A DNA stretch of 32,000 nucleotides from positions 6,930,001 through 6,962,000 of the forward strand of contig NZ_LN831039.1 in assembly GCF_001457595.1 (NCBI RefSeq), in the 5' to 3' direction. Positions 7,857 to 16,922 of the stretch are shown here, piece after piece; the stretch's first letter is position 1; every line of letters starts with the position of its first letter. The position numbers and the translations under genes are program-made. The notes under the pieces are model-generated. The model made no database searches. It had not been told where the DNA came from and saw nothing but the letters and a program-made list of their open reading frames with translations. Source of the stretch: Mycolicibacterium smegmatis. Lineage in GTDB: Bacteria; Actinomycetota; Actinomycetes; Mycobacteriales; Mycobacteriaceae.

Positions 7857-8477
7857 GTGAACAGTCCGTACGGTCCTTACGGTCAAGGAACCCCCTGGCA
7901 GCAGCCCGGCCCACCGCAACAGCCCGTCTACCCACCGCAGGGCTACCCACCGCAGGCCTATCCGCCGCCGGGTTACCCGCAGCCCGGTTACCCGTACCCG
8001 CCTCCGCAACCGGCGCCACCGAGTGGTCTCACCGCGATCATCGCGATCGTGCTCGCGGGCCTCGGTGGTGTGGCGAATTTCTTCGGTGGTCTGCTCATGG
8101 CCTTCTCACTCGCCGTGATCATGGCGGACGCGACCGGGGCAGGCAGTTCCGCGGTCAACGACAGCGCGTGGACCCCGCTGGTCGCAGTCGCGATGCTGAA
8201 CGTCCTGTGCGGCGTGCTGCTTCTGGCCGGGACGGTGATGTTGTTGCTGCGCAAGATGACGGGCCGCTGGATCGTGATCGCGGGATGCGTCACGAACCTG
8301 CTGAGCACGATCGTCGCCGCCGGCCTGGTGCCCTCGAACATCGGCGAGTACGAGTACAACCGCAGCGTCGGACCCGATGCGGTGGGCCTCGTGTTCGCGA
8401 TCGCCACGGTGGTGCTGGTGCTGCTGCCGTCCACGGCGGCATGGCTTCAGGCCAAGCGATCGTCGACCGTGCGTTGA
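7857..8477 (+). CDS. Pro/Tyr/Gly-rich N-terminus membrane protein (DUF4190-like)
   Basis: Low-complexity YPPQGYPPQAYPPPGYPQPGYPYPPP followed by several hydrophobic helices. Confidence 0.7.
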   Translation: MNSPYGPYGQGTPWQQPGPPQQPVYPPQGYPPQAYPPPGYPQPGYPYPPPQPAPPSGLTAIIAIVLAGLGGVANFFGGLLMAFSLAVIMADATGAGSSAVNDSAWTPLVAVAMLNVLCGVLLLAGTVMLLLRKMTGRWIVIAGCVTNLLSTIVAAGLVPSNIGEYEYNRSVGPDAVGLVFAIATVVLVLLPSTAAWLQAKRSSTVR

Positions 8478-10111
8478 GGGCGGGTTTGGTCGCTGATTCC
8501 CGCCGCTGACGCACGCTCGGCGCGCACGCGGGAAGCCGTGGGGCGCAGCCGGTCCGGTAGCCACTTCGGTGGGCTGTCCGGCGCGCGGTCGTAGATCCCG
8601 CCGGTCGGATCGTCGATGCGGCCGTGCCAACGCACCAGATCCAGTTCGGGACGGTAGATCTGACGGATCACCAACGCGCACAACGCGATCACCGCGATGT
8701 CACGCAGCAGGACCGTGGTGGTGAAAAACTGCTCGGGCAGGCCCTTGTTGGACTCGCCGTAGAGGTACAGCATCCGGGGCACCCACACCAGGGCATCAAT
8801 GGTCATCCACGCCAACAGGATTCGCCGATGCGGCAGCGCGAGGACGGCAAGCGGCACGAGCCACAGCGAGAACTGCGGGCTCCACACCTTGTTGGTCAGC
8901 AGGAACGCCGCCACCACCAGGAACGCCAGTTGCGCAAGACGTGGCCGTTGGGGCGCCGTCAGCGTGATGTAGCCGATCGCGATGCAGCACGCGGCGAACA
9001 GGATCGCCGTCACGGTGTTGAGCGTCGTCGGGGGTTCCCAGAACCCGAGGCCGGGATCGAACCCGCGCCAGCCGGTGAACGACTTGACGACGTTGTAGAT
9101 CGAATCCATGTCGTCGCCGCGGCGGGTGTTGAGCCGGAAGAACTCCGACCACCCGCGCGGGAACAGCACCATGATCGGCAGGTTCACCACCAGCCAGGTG
9201 GCCACGGCCGTCAGCGCCGTCTTGCCGACGTCACGCATCCGGCCGGTGCGCACGGCCAGCAGCACCAGAGGGATCAGCAACAGCAGCGGATACAGCTTGG
9301 CCGCGACCCCGAGTCCGATCAGCGCACCTGCCACCACGGGTTTGCGCCGTGACCAGGCCAGCATCGCGCCGGCCGCCGCTGCGGTGGCGAGCGCGTCGAA
9401 GTTGGTGAAGATCTGGAAGATCACGATGGGCGAGGCGGCCACGAGCGCGGCGTCCCACACGCGCCGCCCGGCCATTCGGCTGGTCGCCCAGATCGTGGCG
9501 AGCCACGCCAGTGCGAGCCCGAACGCGGCGATGTTGAAGAACATCACCACCTCGGCGACGATCGGGATCGCGACGAGCTTGGTCAGCGCGGTGTAGGTCT
9601 TGGCCAGCGACATCGCCACGTACTGGTAGATGCCGGTGATGACCGGATACTCCATGTAGCGGATCGCGGGGCTGCCGTCGTACTGCACGCGCGGCTTGCC
9701 CGACGAATCCTTCTCGATCCAGCTGGACTTGTACGGGAACTTGCCCAGGTTCAACAACTCTGCGGTGTACAGCGGAACCGTGTCGGAGTAGCAGAGTTCG
9801 TAATAGGCGCGGTTGTTCTCCCAGTTGGCGACGCGCTGCCCCGCGGTGCCGGTGCCGGTGGTCTGCAGGCACGCCGCCTTGGTCGAGTAACCCAGCGCGA
9901 GGAACACCACGGCGATCAGCAGGATCGCGCGCAACGGCGTCATGAACCGCGCCCGCCCGATCAGTGCGTGCCTGCCGACCGGGCCGCCGATCACCTGCGA
10001 CAGCGCCGAACTCATCGGGTCGTTGCGGCTGGGCAGGTCACGATCGTCCGCGCTCGCACGGTTCGGCGCGAGCGGCGCGGGTGAGACCCCGCCGGGCTGG
10101 TCGCCCGTCAC
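8447..10111 (-). CDS. GT87-like polytopic membrane glycosyltransferase/mannosyltransferase (Rv0051-like)
   Basis: MTPLRAILLIAVVFLALGYSTKAACLQTTG, RYMEYPVITGIYQYVAM, ALIGLGVAAKLYPLLLLIPLVLLAVR, LTNKVWSPQFSLWLVPLAVL, multiple TM helices. GTG at 10109-10111 overlaps the ponA1 TGA (10108-10110), preferred over the track start at 10525. Confidence 0.85.
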   Translation of the reverse strand: MTGDQPGGVSPAPLAPNRASADDRDLPSRNDPMSSALSQVIGGPVGRHALIGRARFMTPLRAILLIAVVFLALGYSTKAACLQTTGTGTAGQRVANWENNRAYYELCYSDTVPLYTAELLNLGKFPYKSSWIEKDSSGKPRVQYDGSPAIRYMEYPVITGIYQYVAMSLAKTYTALTKLVAIPIVAEVVMFFNIAAFGLALAWLATIWATSRMAGRRVWDAALVAASPIVIFQIFTNFDALATAAAAGAMLAWSRRKPVVAGALIGLGVAAKLYPLLLLIPLVLLAVRTGRMRDVGKTALTAVATWLVVNLPIMVLFPRGWSEFFRLNTRRGDDMDSIYNVVKSFTGWRGFDPGLGFWEPPTTLNTVTAILFAACCIAIGYITLTAPQRPRLAQLAFLVVAAFLLTNKVWSPQFSLWLVPLAVLALPHRRILLAWMTIDALVWVPRMLYLYGESNKGLPEQFFTTTVLLRDIAVIALCALVIRQIYRPELDLVRWHGRIDDPTGGIYDRAPDSPPKWLPDRLRPTASRVRAERASAAGISDQTRPQRTVDDRLA

Positions 10112-12591
10112 GGAGGCGGCGGGGCTCCGGGGACGCCTGGGGCACCAGGCGCCACGGGGACCTCGGGCGCGCCGGGGCCGACGGGAGCACCAGGTGCGCC
10201 CGGCGGGGGTCCGACCGGCACGGTGGTCGGCGGGCCGATCGGGATCGTGATGCCCGGCGCCACCTCGATGGTCGGCTGGATCACGGTCACCGAGGGCTGC
10301 CCCGGATCGGTCGGCGGGCCTGCCGACGGCGGCGGCGCGGCCGGGGCCTGTGGCACACCGGCGTAGCCACCGATCTCGGTGGGCTTGGGGAAGGACTCGA
10401 CGTCGGTGCCCTCCAGGGCGCCGTCCATCGTGGCCTTCCAGATGTCCGACGGCAGCCCGGACCCGTAGATCGGCGAACCCCACTTGTTGACCAGCGGCTT
10501 GACGCCCTCGGTGGTGCCGACCCACACCGCGGTGGACAGCGACGGCGTGTAGCCGACCATCCAGGCGTCGCGGTTGTCGCCGGTGTCGCCGAGCTGGACG
10601 GTGCCGGTCTTGGCCGCCGACGGGCGTCCGCCGGCCAGGTTGTGGCCCCGCGACCAGCCTGCGATGGGTTGCATGGCCGACGTCACGTTGTCGGCAACGG
10701 CCTTGTCGATGCGTTCTTCGCCGTTGTCCTCTTTGGAGGCGTCGAACAGCACCTGCCCGGAGGAGTTGACGACCTTCTCCACGAAGTGCGGCTTGTGGTA
10801 GACGCCTGACGCCGCGAGCGTGGCGTACGCCGACGCCATGTCCAGCACGCGTGACTGGTACTGGCCCAGCACCACACCGTTGTTGGGCGGGCCGCCCTTG
10901 CCGTCCTCGCTCAGCGTGTGCTCGACGCCGGGGAAGCTCTCGGCGACACCCGCGTCGTGCGCGGCCTTGGCGACGTCGGCCGGGCCGTTCTCCAGCTTGA
11001 GCATGAGCCGGTAGTAGCTGGTGTTCAGCGACCGCTTGAGCGCCTCGGCGATCGAGCAGGTTCCGCAGCCTTCACCCTCGACGTTGCCGATCTTGATTCC
11101 GTTGACCTCGAGCGGTCCGCTGTCGATCTGATAGCCCAGGCCGATGCCCTGCTGCAGCGCCGCGACGAGCGCGAACACCTTGAACGACGAACCCGTCGGC
11201 AGGCCCGCCTGCGCGAAGTCGAACCCGTTGGCGTCGGAACCGCCGTAGTACGCCTTGATGCCTCCGGTGCGCGGGTCGATCGACACGACCGCCGCCCGCA
11301 TGTCCGGGTCCTGGCCTTCGAGGTACTTGTCGACGGCGTCGACCGCGGCCTCCTGAGCCTTGGGGTCGATCGTGGTGGTGATCTGCAGACCCTCGGTGTT
11401 CAACGTCTGCTCGTTGATGTCGAAGAGGTCCAGCAGCTCGTTGGTGACCTGGCGCTCGATCAGACCGTTGGGGCCCGTCGTCTGGTTCTGCTGGAAGGCG
11501 TAGTCGGGGGGCACCGTCGGCGGGAACACCTGCGCGTCGCGGTCGGCCTGCGACAGCGCCCCGATGTCGACCATGCCGTCGAGCACCCAGTTCCACCGGT
11601 CGGCGGCACCTTCGGGATCCACCGCGGGATCCAGGGTCGACGGCCGCTGGATCAGCGCGGCCAGCAGGGCCCCCTCGGCGACGTCGAGCTGCTCGACGGG
11701 TTTGTCGAAGTACGCCTTGGACGCCGCCGAGATCCCATAGGCGCCGCGGCCGAAGTAGATGATGTTGAGGTAGGCCTGCAGCACGGCGTCCTTGGACCAT
11801 TCGCCGGACATCTTGGTCGAGATGACCAGCTCCTTGGCCTTGCGGATCAAACCGCCGATACCGGACCGCTCGTCACCGACCAGCGCGTTCTTGACGTACT
11901 GCTGCGTGATGGTCGATCCACCCTGCAGACCACCGCCACCGAACAGGTTGTTCTTGATCGCGCGCAGGAAGCCGGTCCACGAGAAGCCCGGATTCGAGTA
12001 GAAGTCACGGTCCTCGGCGGCCATCACCGCGTCGCGAACATGCACCGGGATCTGGTCGATCTTGACGTCGACCCGGTTGCCTTCCGGCGGCACGATCCGC
12101 GCGATCTCGCTGCCGTCGCTCGCGAGGATCGTCGACACCTGCGGCGTACGGATGTCGCCGGGCTCGGGGACGTCGACGATCATGTACGCCATGCCGAAGG
12201 TGATCAGCGGCAGCAGCACCATCACGGCGACGGCGATCGCAGAACCGCGTCGCACCCACTTCCAGTTGATGCGGAACTGACGGCCCGGTCCCGACGGACC
12301 ACCCGGTCCGGACGGACCTCCGCCGCCTCTTCCAGGCGGCGGCGGTGGCGGCGGTTTCGGCGGCGGGGAGCCTTCGAGCGCGGCGCGCACGACGTCGATC
12401 GGCGGCGCGATGTCACCGTCGCGCACCGGCGGCAGGACCGCGGTCAACCGGTCGTCGGGCGGCACCGCCGAGCGGGGCGGCACCGGGGGACGCGGAGGGT
12501 TTGCGAGGGGCCGGTTCTCGCGCGCACCAAGACGACCGGCTGCCTCACGGGCATCGTCGGTCGACCTGGAGTGGCGCCCTTCGTTATTCAC
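10108..12591 (-). CDS. ponA1: Bifunctional class A penicillin-binding protein PonA1 (transglycosylase/transpeptidase)
   Basis: Transglycosylase motifs AAEDRDFYSNPGFSWTG, GGSTITQQYVKN, LIQRPSTLDP; transpeptidase SxxK GSSFKVFAL, SxN SLNTSYYRL, KTGT. Start GTG at 12591 (VNNEGRHSRSTDD). Pro-rich N- and C-terminal tails. Confidence 0.95.
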   Translation of the reverse strand: MNNEGRHSRSTDDAREAAGRLGARENRPLANPPRPPVPPRSAVPPDDRLTAVLPPVRDGDIAPPIDVVRAALEGSPPPKPPPPPPPGRGGGGPSGPGGPSGPGRQFRINWKWVRRGSAIAVAVMVLLPLITFGMAYMIVDVPEPGDIRTPQVSTILASDGSEIARIVPPEGNRVDVKIDQIPVHVRDAVMAAEDRDFYSNPGFSWTGFLRAIKNNLFGGGGLQGGSTITQQYVKNALVGDERSGIGGLIRKAKELVISTKMSGEWSKDAVLQAYLNIIYFGRGAYGISAASKAYFDKPVEQLDVAEGALLAALIQRPSTLDPAVDPEGAADRWNWVLDGMVDIGALSQADRDAQVFPPTVPPDYAFQQNQTTGPNGLIERQVTNELLDLFDINEQTLNTEGLQITTTIDPKAQEAAVDAVDKYLEGQDPDMRAAVVSIDPRTGGIKAYYGGSDANGFDFAQAGLPTGSSFKVFALVAALQQGIGLGYQIDSGPLEVNGIKIGNVEGEGCGTCSIAEALKRSLNTSYYRLMLKLENGPADVAKAAHDAGVAESFPGVEHTLSEDGKGGPPNNGVVLGQYQSRVLDMASAYATLAASGVYHKPHFVEKVVNSSGQVLFDASKEDNGEERIDKAVADNVTSAMQPIAGWSRGHNLAGGRPSAAKTGTVQLGDTGDNRDAWMVGYTPSLSTAVWVGTTEGVKPLVNKWGSPIYGSGLPSDIWKATMDGALEGTDVESFPKPTEIGGYAGVPQAPAAPPPSAGPPTDPGQPSVTVIQPTIEVAPGITIPIGPPTTVPVGPPPGAPGAPVGPGAPEVPVAPGAPGVPGAPPPP

Positions 12592-13015
12592 TGGCCGTAC
12601 GCGCAGACTTGCGCGTGCTCGGCGTACGCTTCGGCCTCCGCGCCTCCGGTGGACGGGGCGCGCCGAGCACGTACGACTTGACCAGATGATTCCAGCTGCA
12701 GGTCCGGCATACCTCCACCACGTGTACCGCGAATTCGTCATAGCGGCTGGCGAGCAACACCAGCTCCTCGGCCGTGCGCGCCGACCCGGAGACCGGGCCC
12801 AGATGCTCGCCGAAGACCCACGACACCAGGGTCAGCTGTTCTTTCCGGCAGATCGGGCACATCACCGAGCTCTGCTTGCCGTGGAACTTCGCGGCGCGCA
12901 GTAGATAGGGATTCGCGTCGCAGACTTCCGACACCCCGGTTCGCCCGGAGTACACCTCGGCCAGCAGGGACCTCCGCCGCAGGGCGTAGTCCACCACCTG
13001 TCTCTGCAATCGCAC
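12584..13015 (-). CDS. DUF5318-family protein (Rv0049-like)
   Basis: GTG at 13015: (M)RLQRQVVDYALRRRSLLAEVYSGRTGVSEVCDANPYLLRAAKFHG...CPIC...WVFGEHLGPVSGSARTAEEL...CRTCSWNHLVKSYVLG. Its end overlaps the ponA1 start by 8 bp. The track ORF (12584-14113) is an over-extension. Confidence 0.88.
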   Translation of the reverse strand: MRLQRQVVDYALRRRSLLAEVYSGRTGVSEVCDANPYLLRAAKFHGKQSSVMCPICRKEQLTLVSWVFGEHLGPVSGSARTAEELVLLASRYDEFAVHVVEVCRTCSWNHLVKSYVLGAPRPPEARRPKRTPSTRKSARTASE

Positions 13016-13022
13016 GTTGACC

Positions 13023-13028
13023 AGAGTA
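13023..13028 (-). promoter_or_regulatory. Candidate -10 element TACTCT, 7 nt before GTG of the DUF5318 gene (leaderless)
   Basis: Minus strand reads TACTCT-GGTCAAC-GTG. Confidence 0.55.
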
Positions 13029-13071
13029 CGTCGGCCCGTCGGACACCGAGGCGCGACCGCGTCACAGCTCA

Positions 13072-13077
13072 TACGAT
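13072..13077 (+). promoter_or_regulatory. Candidate -10 element TACGAT, 7 nt before GTG at 13085 (leaderless)
   Basis: Plus strand reads TACGAT-CTTGGTC-GTG. Confidence 0.55.
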
Positions 13078-13084
13078 CTTGGTC

Positions 13085-13954
13085 GTGGCAACGCGGCAGA
13101 CGTCCATGACACGGGCCAAAGACAGCGATCGCAACGACACCTGCAAAGTGCTGGACAGTGCGATGGCCGAGGGTCAGCTGTCCATGGAGGAGCACCGCGA
13201 CCGGCTCAGCGCCGCGATGAAGGCCACGACGCTCGGCGAACTCGCGGACCTGGTGGCCGACCTGCAGAACGAGGCCGCGCCGGTGCGGTTGCCCACGCTC
13301 AAGCCGCCGCGCATCCCCCGGCCGTCGTCCGGATCGCCCGGCTGGGGTTTCAAGATCGCCTCGGCGGTGGTGCTGGTACTGCTGGGCATCGGGATCGGGT
13401 GGGGCATGTACGGCTCCAGCCCCACGCCCTTTCATGTCGCCTCGGACCCCGGCGCCCAAGCCGACGGCATCGCCCCCGAAGTGCTCCCCGCGCCAAGGCA
13501 ATTGCAGTCGCTCAACGGTTTCAACGGCCTGTTCGACCAGATGCGCAAGAAGTTCGGCAACACCATGGGCTACGAGCTGGACATCCACTCCGACATGGCG
13601 TTCCTGGACCGGCCCGACCCGTCGGACAACCGCCGCGAGATGAGCTACACCTACCGCGGCGGCTGGGGAGATCCGTCCGGCTCGCCGTCGGCGGTCGACA
13701 GCGACGCGCGGCTGGTGGACCTGTCGAAGTTCGACTACGAGAAGACGCTCGCGATCATGCGCGGCGCGCCCGACACCGTCGGCATCAAACGCGCCGACGT
13801 CAAGGACACGTGGCTGCGGATCGGCCCGTCGGAGGATCCGGCCACCCCCGAGGCCGTCAACGTCGAGATCTTCGTCAACAGCGAGTTCGGCAACGGCCGC
13901 ATCGAGCTGTACCCGGACGGCACCACCAAGGCGATCTGGCCCGCCGGCCGCTGA
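13085..13954 (+). CDS. DUF1707 (SHOCT-like) domain membrane protein (Rv0048c-like)
   Basis: RAKDSDRNDTCKVLDSAMAEGQLSMEEHRDRLSAAMKATTLGELADLVADL matches DUF1707, followed by one TM segment (IASAVVLVLLGIGIGWGMY). Start GTG 13085 chosen from the -10 spacing; ATG 13106 is an alternative. Confidence 0.85.
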   Translation: MATRQTSMTRAKDSDRNDTCKVLDSAMAEGQLSMEEHRDRLSAAMKATTLGELADLVADLQNEAAPVRLPTLKPPRIPRPSSGSPGWGFKIASAVVLVLLGIGIGWGMYGSSPTPFHVASDPGAQADGIAPEVLPAPRQLQSLNGFNGLFDQMRKKFGNTMGYELDIHSDMAFLDRPDPSDNRREMSYTYRGGWGDPSGSPSAVDSDARLVDLSKFDYEKTLAIMRGAPDTVGIKRADVKDTWLRIGPSEDPATPEAVNVEIFVNSEFGNGRIELYPDGTTKAIWPAGR

Positions 13955-14088
13955 GCCCGACGACCTGCCACCGAGCTGACAAATGATGTACTTTGTCAGC
14001 CTGCGGTAGCGCTCAATATATCGGCGCGATACAGTTGGCCGAGGTGTTGATCCGTCGTAACGACAGCCCGAACAGAGCTGGATAGGGG

Positions 14089-14643
14089 GTGATTCCGGTG
14101 CTGGAGCTCGCAATCCTGGGTCTTCTGCTCGAATCGCCCATGCACGGCTACGAGCTGCGCAAACGGCTGACGGGCCTGTTGGGGGCGTTCCGCGCGTTCT
14201 CCTACGGTTCGCTCTATCCGGCCCTGCGCCGCATGCAGGCCGACGGGCTGATCGTCGAGGACGCCGCTCCCGAGGGCGCGACGAAAGTGCGCCGGGCGCG
14301 CCGGGTCTACCAGCTCACCGAGGCCGGCAAACAGCGGTTCGCCGAGCTGGTCGCCGACACCGGACCGCAGAACTACTCCGACGACGGCTTCGGTGTGCAC
14401 CTGGCCTTCTTCAACCGCACCCCGGCCGAGGCCAGGATGCGGATCCTGGAAGGTCGCCGTCGTCAGGTGGAGGAACGGCGGGAAGGTCTGCGTGAAGCAG
14501 TGGCGCGGGCCAGCAGTTCGTTCGACCGCTACACCCGTCAACTCCACCAGCTGGGCCTGGAGTCCAGTGAGCGAGAAGTGAAATGGCTCAACGAACTGAT
14601 AGCGGCAGAGCGGCTGAGCCAGGGGCGTACGGACAATCCATGA
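14089..14643 (+). CDS. PadR-family transcriptional regulator (Rv0047c-like)
   Basis: LELAILGLLLESPMHGYELRKRLTGLLGAFRAFSYGSLYPALRRMQADGLI is the PadR winged-helix; Vir-type C-terminal helices. Confidence 0.93.
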   Translation: MIPVLELAILGLLLESPMHGYELRKRLTGLLGAFRAFSYGSLYPALRRMQADGLIVEDAAPEGATKVRRARRVYQLTEAGKQRFAELVADTGPQNYSDDGFGVHLAFFNRTPAEARMRILEGRRRQVEERREGLREAVARASSSFDRYTRQLHQLGLESSEREVKWLNELIAAERLSQGRTDNP

Positions 14644-14720
14644 ACGCACCCCGGGTACAGCCCTGACATTGCAAACAAGGCCGCTGGCCGAGCAATACGG
14701 AACGAGTAAGGAGACCGTCC

Positions 14721-15812
14721 ATGTCTGAGCACGCAGGAGAAATCCGGGTCGCCATTGTCGGCGTCGGTAACTGCGCATCCTCCCTGGTCCAGGGCGTGCA
14801 GTACTACCGCAACGCCGACGAGAACACGACCGTGCCCGGGCTGATGCACGTCAAGTTCGGCCCGTACCACGTGCGCGACGTGAACTTCGTCGCCGCGTTC
14901 GACGTGGACGCCAAGAAGGTCGGCTTCGATCTGTCCGAGGCCATCTTCGCCTCCGAGAACAACACCATCAAGATCGCCGACGTGCCGCCGACCGACGTCA
15001 TCGTGCAGCGCGGCCCGACACTCGACGGCATCGGCAAGTACTACGCCGACACCATCGAGGTCTCCGACGCCGAACCGGTCGACGTGGTCAAGGTCCTCAA
15101 GGACGCCGAGGTCGACGTGCTGGTCTCCTACCTGCCCGTGGGTTCGGAAGAGGCCGACAAGTTCTACGCCCAGTGCGCGATCGACGCGGGCGTGGCCTTC
15201 GTCAACGCGCTGCCGGTGTTCATCGCCTCGGATCCGGTGTGGGCCAAGAAGTTCGAAGATGCCGGCGTGCCGATCGTCGGTGACGACATCAAGAGCCAGG
15301 TCGGCGCCACCATCACCCACCGCGTGATGGCCAAGCTGTTCGAGGACCGCGGCGTCACGCTGGACCGCACCTACCAGCTCAACGTCGGCGGCAACATGGA
15401 CTTTTTGAACATGCTCGAGCGTTCGCGTCTGGAGTCCAAGAAGGTCTCCAAGACCCAGGCCGTCACCTCCAACCTGTCCGGCGCGCTGGCCGGCAAGGTC
15501 GAGGACAAGAACGTCCACATCGGCCCGTCCGACCACGTCGCCTGGCTCGACGACCGTAAGTGGGCCTACGTGCGGCTGGAAGGCCGCGCCTTCGGCGACG
15601 TGCCGCTGAACCTGGAGTACAAGCTCGAGGTGTGGGACTCCCCCAACTCCGCAGGCGTCATCATCGACGCGGTGCGCGCGGCCAAGATCGCCAAGGACCG
15701 CGGCATCGGCGGACCGATCGAGGCGGCCTCGGCCTACCTCATGAAGAGCCCGCCCAAGCAGCTCGCCGACGACGTCGCCCGCGCCGAGTTGGAAACCTTC
15801 ATCGAGGGCTGA
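14721..15812 (+). CDS. ino1: Inositol-1-phosphate synthase
   Basis: [84 protein letters not shown] upstream of ATG 14721. Confidence 0.96.
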   Translation: MSEHAGEIRVAIVGVGNCASSLVQGVQYYRNADENTTVPGLMHVKFGPYHVRDVNFVAAFDVDAKKVGFDLSEAIFASENNTIKIADVPPTDVIVQRGPTLDGIGKYYADTIEVSDAEPVDVVKVLKDAEVDVLVSYLPVGSEEADKFYAQCAIDAGVAFVNALPVFIASDPVWAKKFEDAGVPIVGDDIKSQVGATITHRVMAKLFEDRGVTLDRTYQLNVGGNMDFLNMLERSRLESKKVSKTQAVTSNLSGALAGKVEDKNVHIGPSDHVAWLDDRKWAYVRLEGRAFGDVPLNLEYKLEVWDSPNSAGVIIDAVRAAKIAKDRGIGGPIEAASAYLMKSPPKQLADDVARAELETFIEG

Positions 15813-15821
15813 TCCTCGCGT

Positions 15822-15867
15822 GATTTGTGGAGTCTTACCGGCAGGCGCTGGTAAGACTCCACAAATC
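15822..15867. terminator. Strong intergenic hairpin, likely terminator after ino1
   Basis: Perfect 18-bp inverted repeat GATTTGTGGAGTCTTACC / GGTAAGACTCCACAAATC, 10-nt loop, 9 bp after the ino1 stop. No U-tract. Confidence 0.7.
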
Positions 15868-15870
15868 GCT

Positions 15871-15876
15871 TAGGGT
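15871..15876 (+). promoter_or_regulatory. Candidate -10 TAGGGT, 7 nt before GTG 15884 (leaderless)
   Basis: TAGGGT-CGGGGAC-GTG. Confidence 0.5.
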
Positions 15877-15883
15877 CGGGGAC

Positions 15884-16789
15884 GTGTCGACCACACACGA
15901 GATCTCCGACGACGAACTGCCCACGCTCGACGAGTTCGCGCTGCTGCACGAGAACGCCACGCAGATCGGGCGTACCGAACCGCTGCCGCCCGTCGAACGC
16001 ATCACGCACGGCCCGGTCAGCGCGCTGAAGTTCGGCACCGAGGCGCCGCGCGTGGTGTTCCTGCACGGCGGCGGGCAGAACGCGCACACGTGGGACACCG
16101 TGATCCTGGGTCTCGGTGAACCCGCGCTGGCCGTCGACCTGCCCGGTCACGGCCGCTCGCAGTGGCGCGAGGACGGTGACTACGGCCCGAAACTCAACGC
16201 CGAGACCGTCAAACCCGTGCTGCGCGACCTCGCCCCCGAACCGCGCCTTGTGGTCGGCATGTCCCTCGGCGGGCTCACCGCACTGCGCATCGCGGCCACC
16301 GAACCCGCTCTGGTGCCCGAACTCGTGCTGATCGACGTCACTCCGTCTGCGCCCGAGCGGCACACCGAGATGACCAAGACCCAGATGGGCACCGTCGCCC
16401 TGGTTCGCGAGAACCGGACCTTCCCGAGTTTTGCGGCGATGCTGGACGTCAGCGTCCGGGCAGCTCCGCACCGAGACCGGAACTCGTTGCGCCGCGGCGT
16501 CTTCCACAACTCGAAGCGCCTCGACGACGGCACCTGGACGTGGCGGTACGACTCATTCCGCAAAGGCGACGGGTTCGAGGGCCTGTGGGACGACGTCGAG
16601 GCCATCACGATGCCGACCACCCTGGTGCGCGGAGCCAACTCGTTCTTCGTCAACGACGAGGACGCGAAACAGTTCGCCGACCGCGCACCGGGATTCAAGC
16701 GCACGCACATCGTCGCCGACGCGGGCCACTCGGTGCAGGGCGATCAACCGGCGAAGCTCGTGGAGATCCTGCGGGGAATCCTCGGGTAG
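15884..16789 (+). CDS. Alpha/beta hydrolase (Rv0045c-like)
   Basis: VVFLHGGGQNAHTWD, nucleophile elbow VVGMSLGGL, C-terminal DAGHSVQGDQP. GTG 15884 preferred; the track start 15827 lies inside the hairpin. Confidence 0.9.
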   Translation: MSTTHEISDDELPTLDEFALLHENATQIGRTEPLPPVERITHGPVSALKFGTEAPRVVFLHGGGQNAHTWDTVILGLGEPALAVDLPGHGRSQWREDGDYGPKLNAETVKPVLRDLAPEPRLVVGMSLGGLTALRIAATEPALVPELVLIDVTPSAPERHTEMTKTQMGTVALVRENRTFPSFAAMLDVSVRAAPHRDRNSLRRGVFHNSKRLDDGTWTWRYDSFRKGDGFEGLWDDVEAITMPTTLVRGANSFFVNDEDAKQFADRAPGFKRTHIVADAGHSVQGDQPAKLVEILRGILG

Positions 16790-16873
16790 CCGATCGTCGG
16801 TGTGGCCCGAATACACCGATCGTTCACCTTCTCCTTGCCGAGTGATTGCCGTGCTGCCGTAACTTCCGCCGTG

Positions 16874-16898
16874 ACCGGCCGATCAGCCCTCGGCCGGT
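16874..16898. other. Hairpin upstream of the PhoX-like gene
   Basis: Perfect 9-bp stem ACCGGCCGA / TCGGCCGGT with 7-nt loop, 24 bp before GTG 16923. Confidence 0.65.
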
Positions 16899-16922
16899 GT
16901 CGAGCGAAAGGACGTACCGGCC

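Noticed and set aside
10918-12681. 587-aa plus-strand ORF antisense to ponA1
   Set aside because: Shadow ORF; the real motifs (SxxK, KTGT, GGSTITQQ) are on the minus strand.
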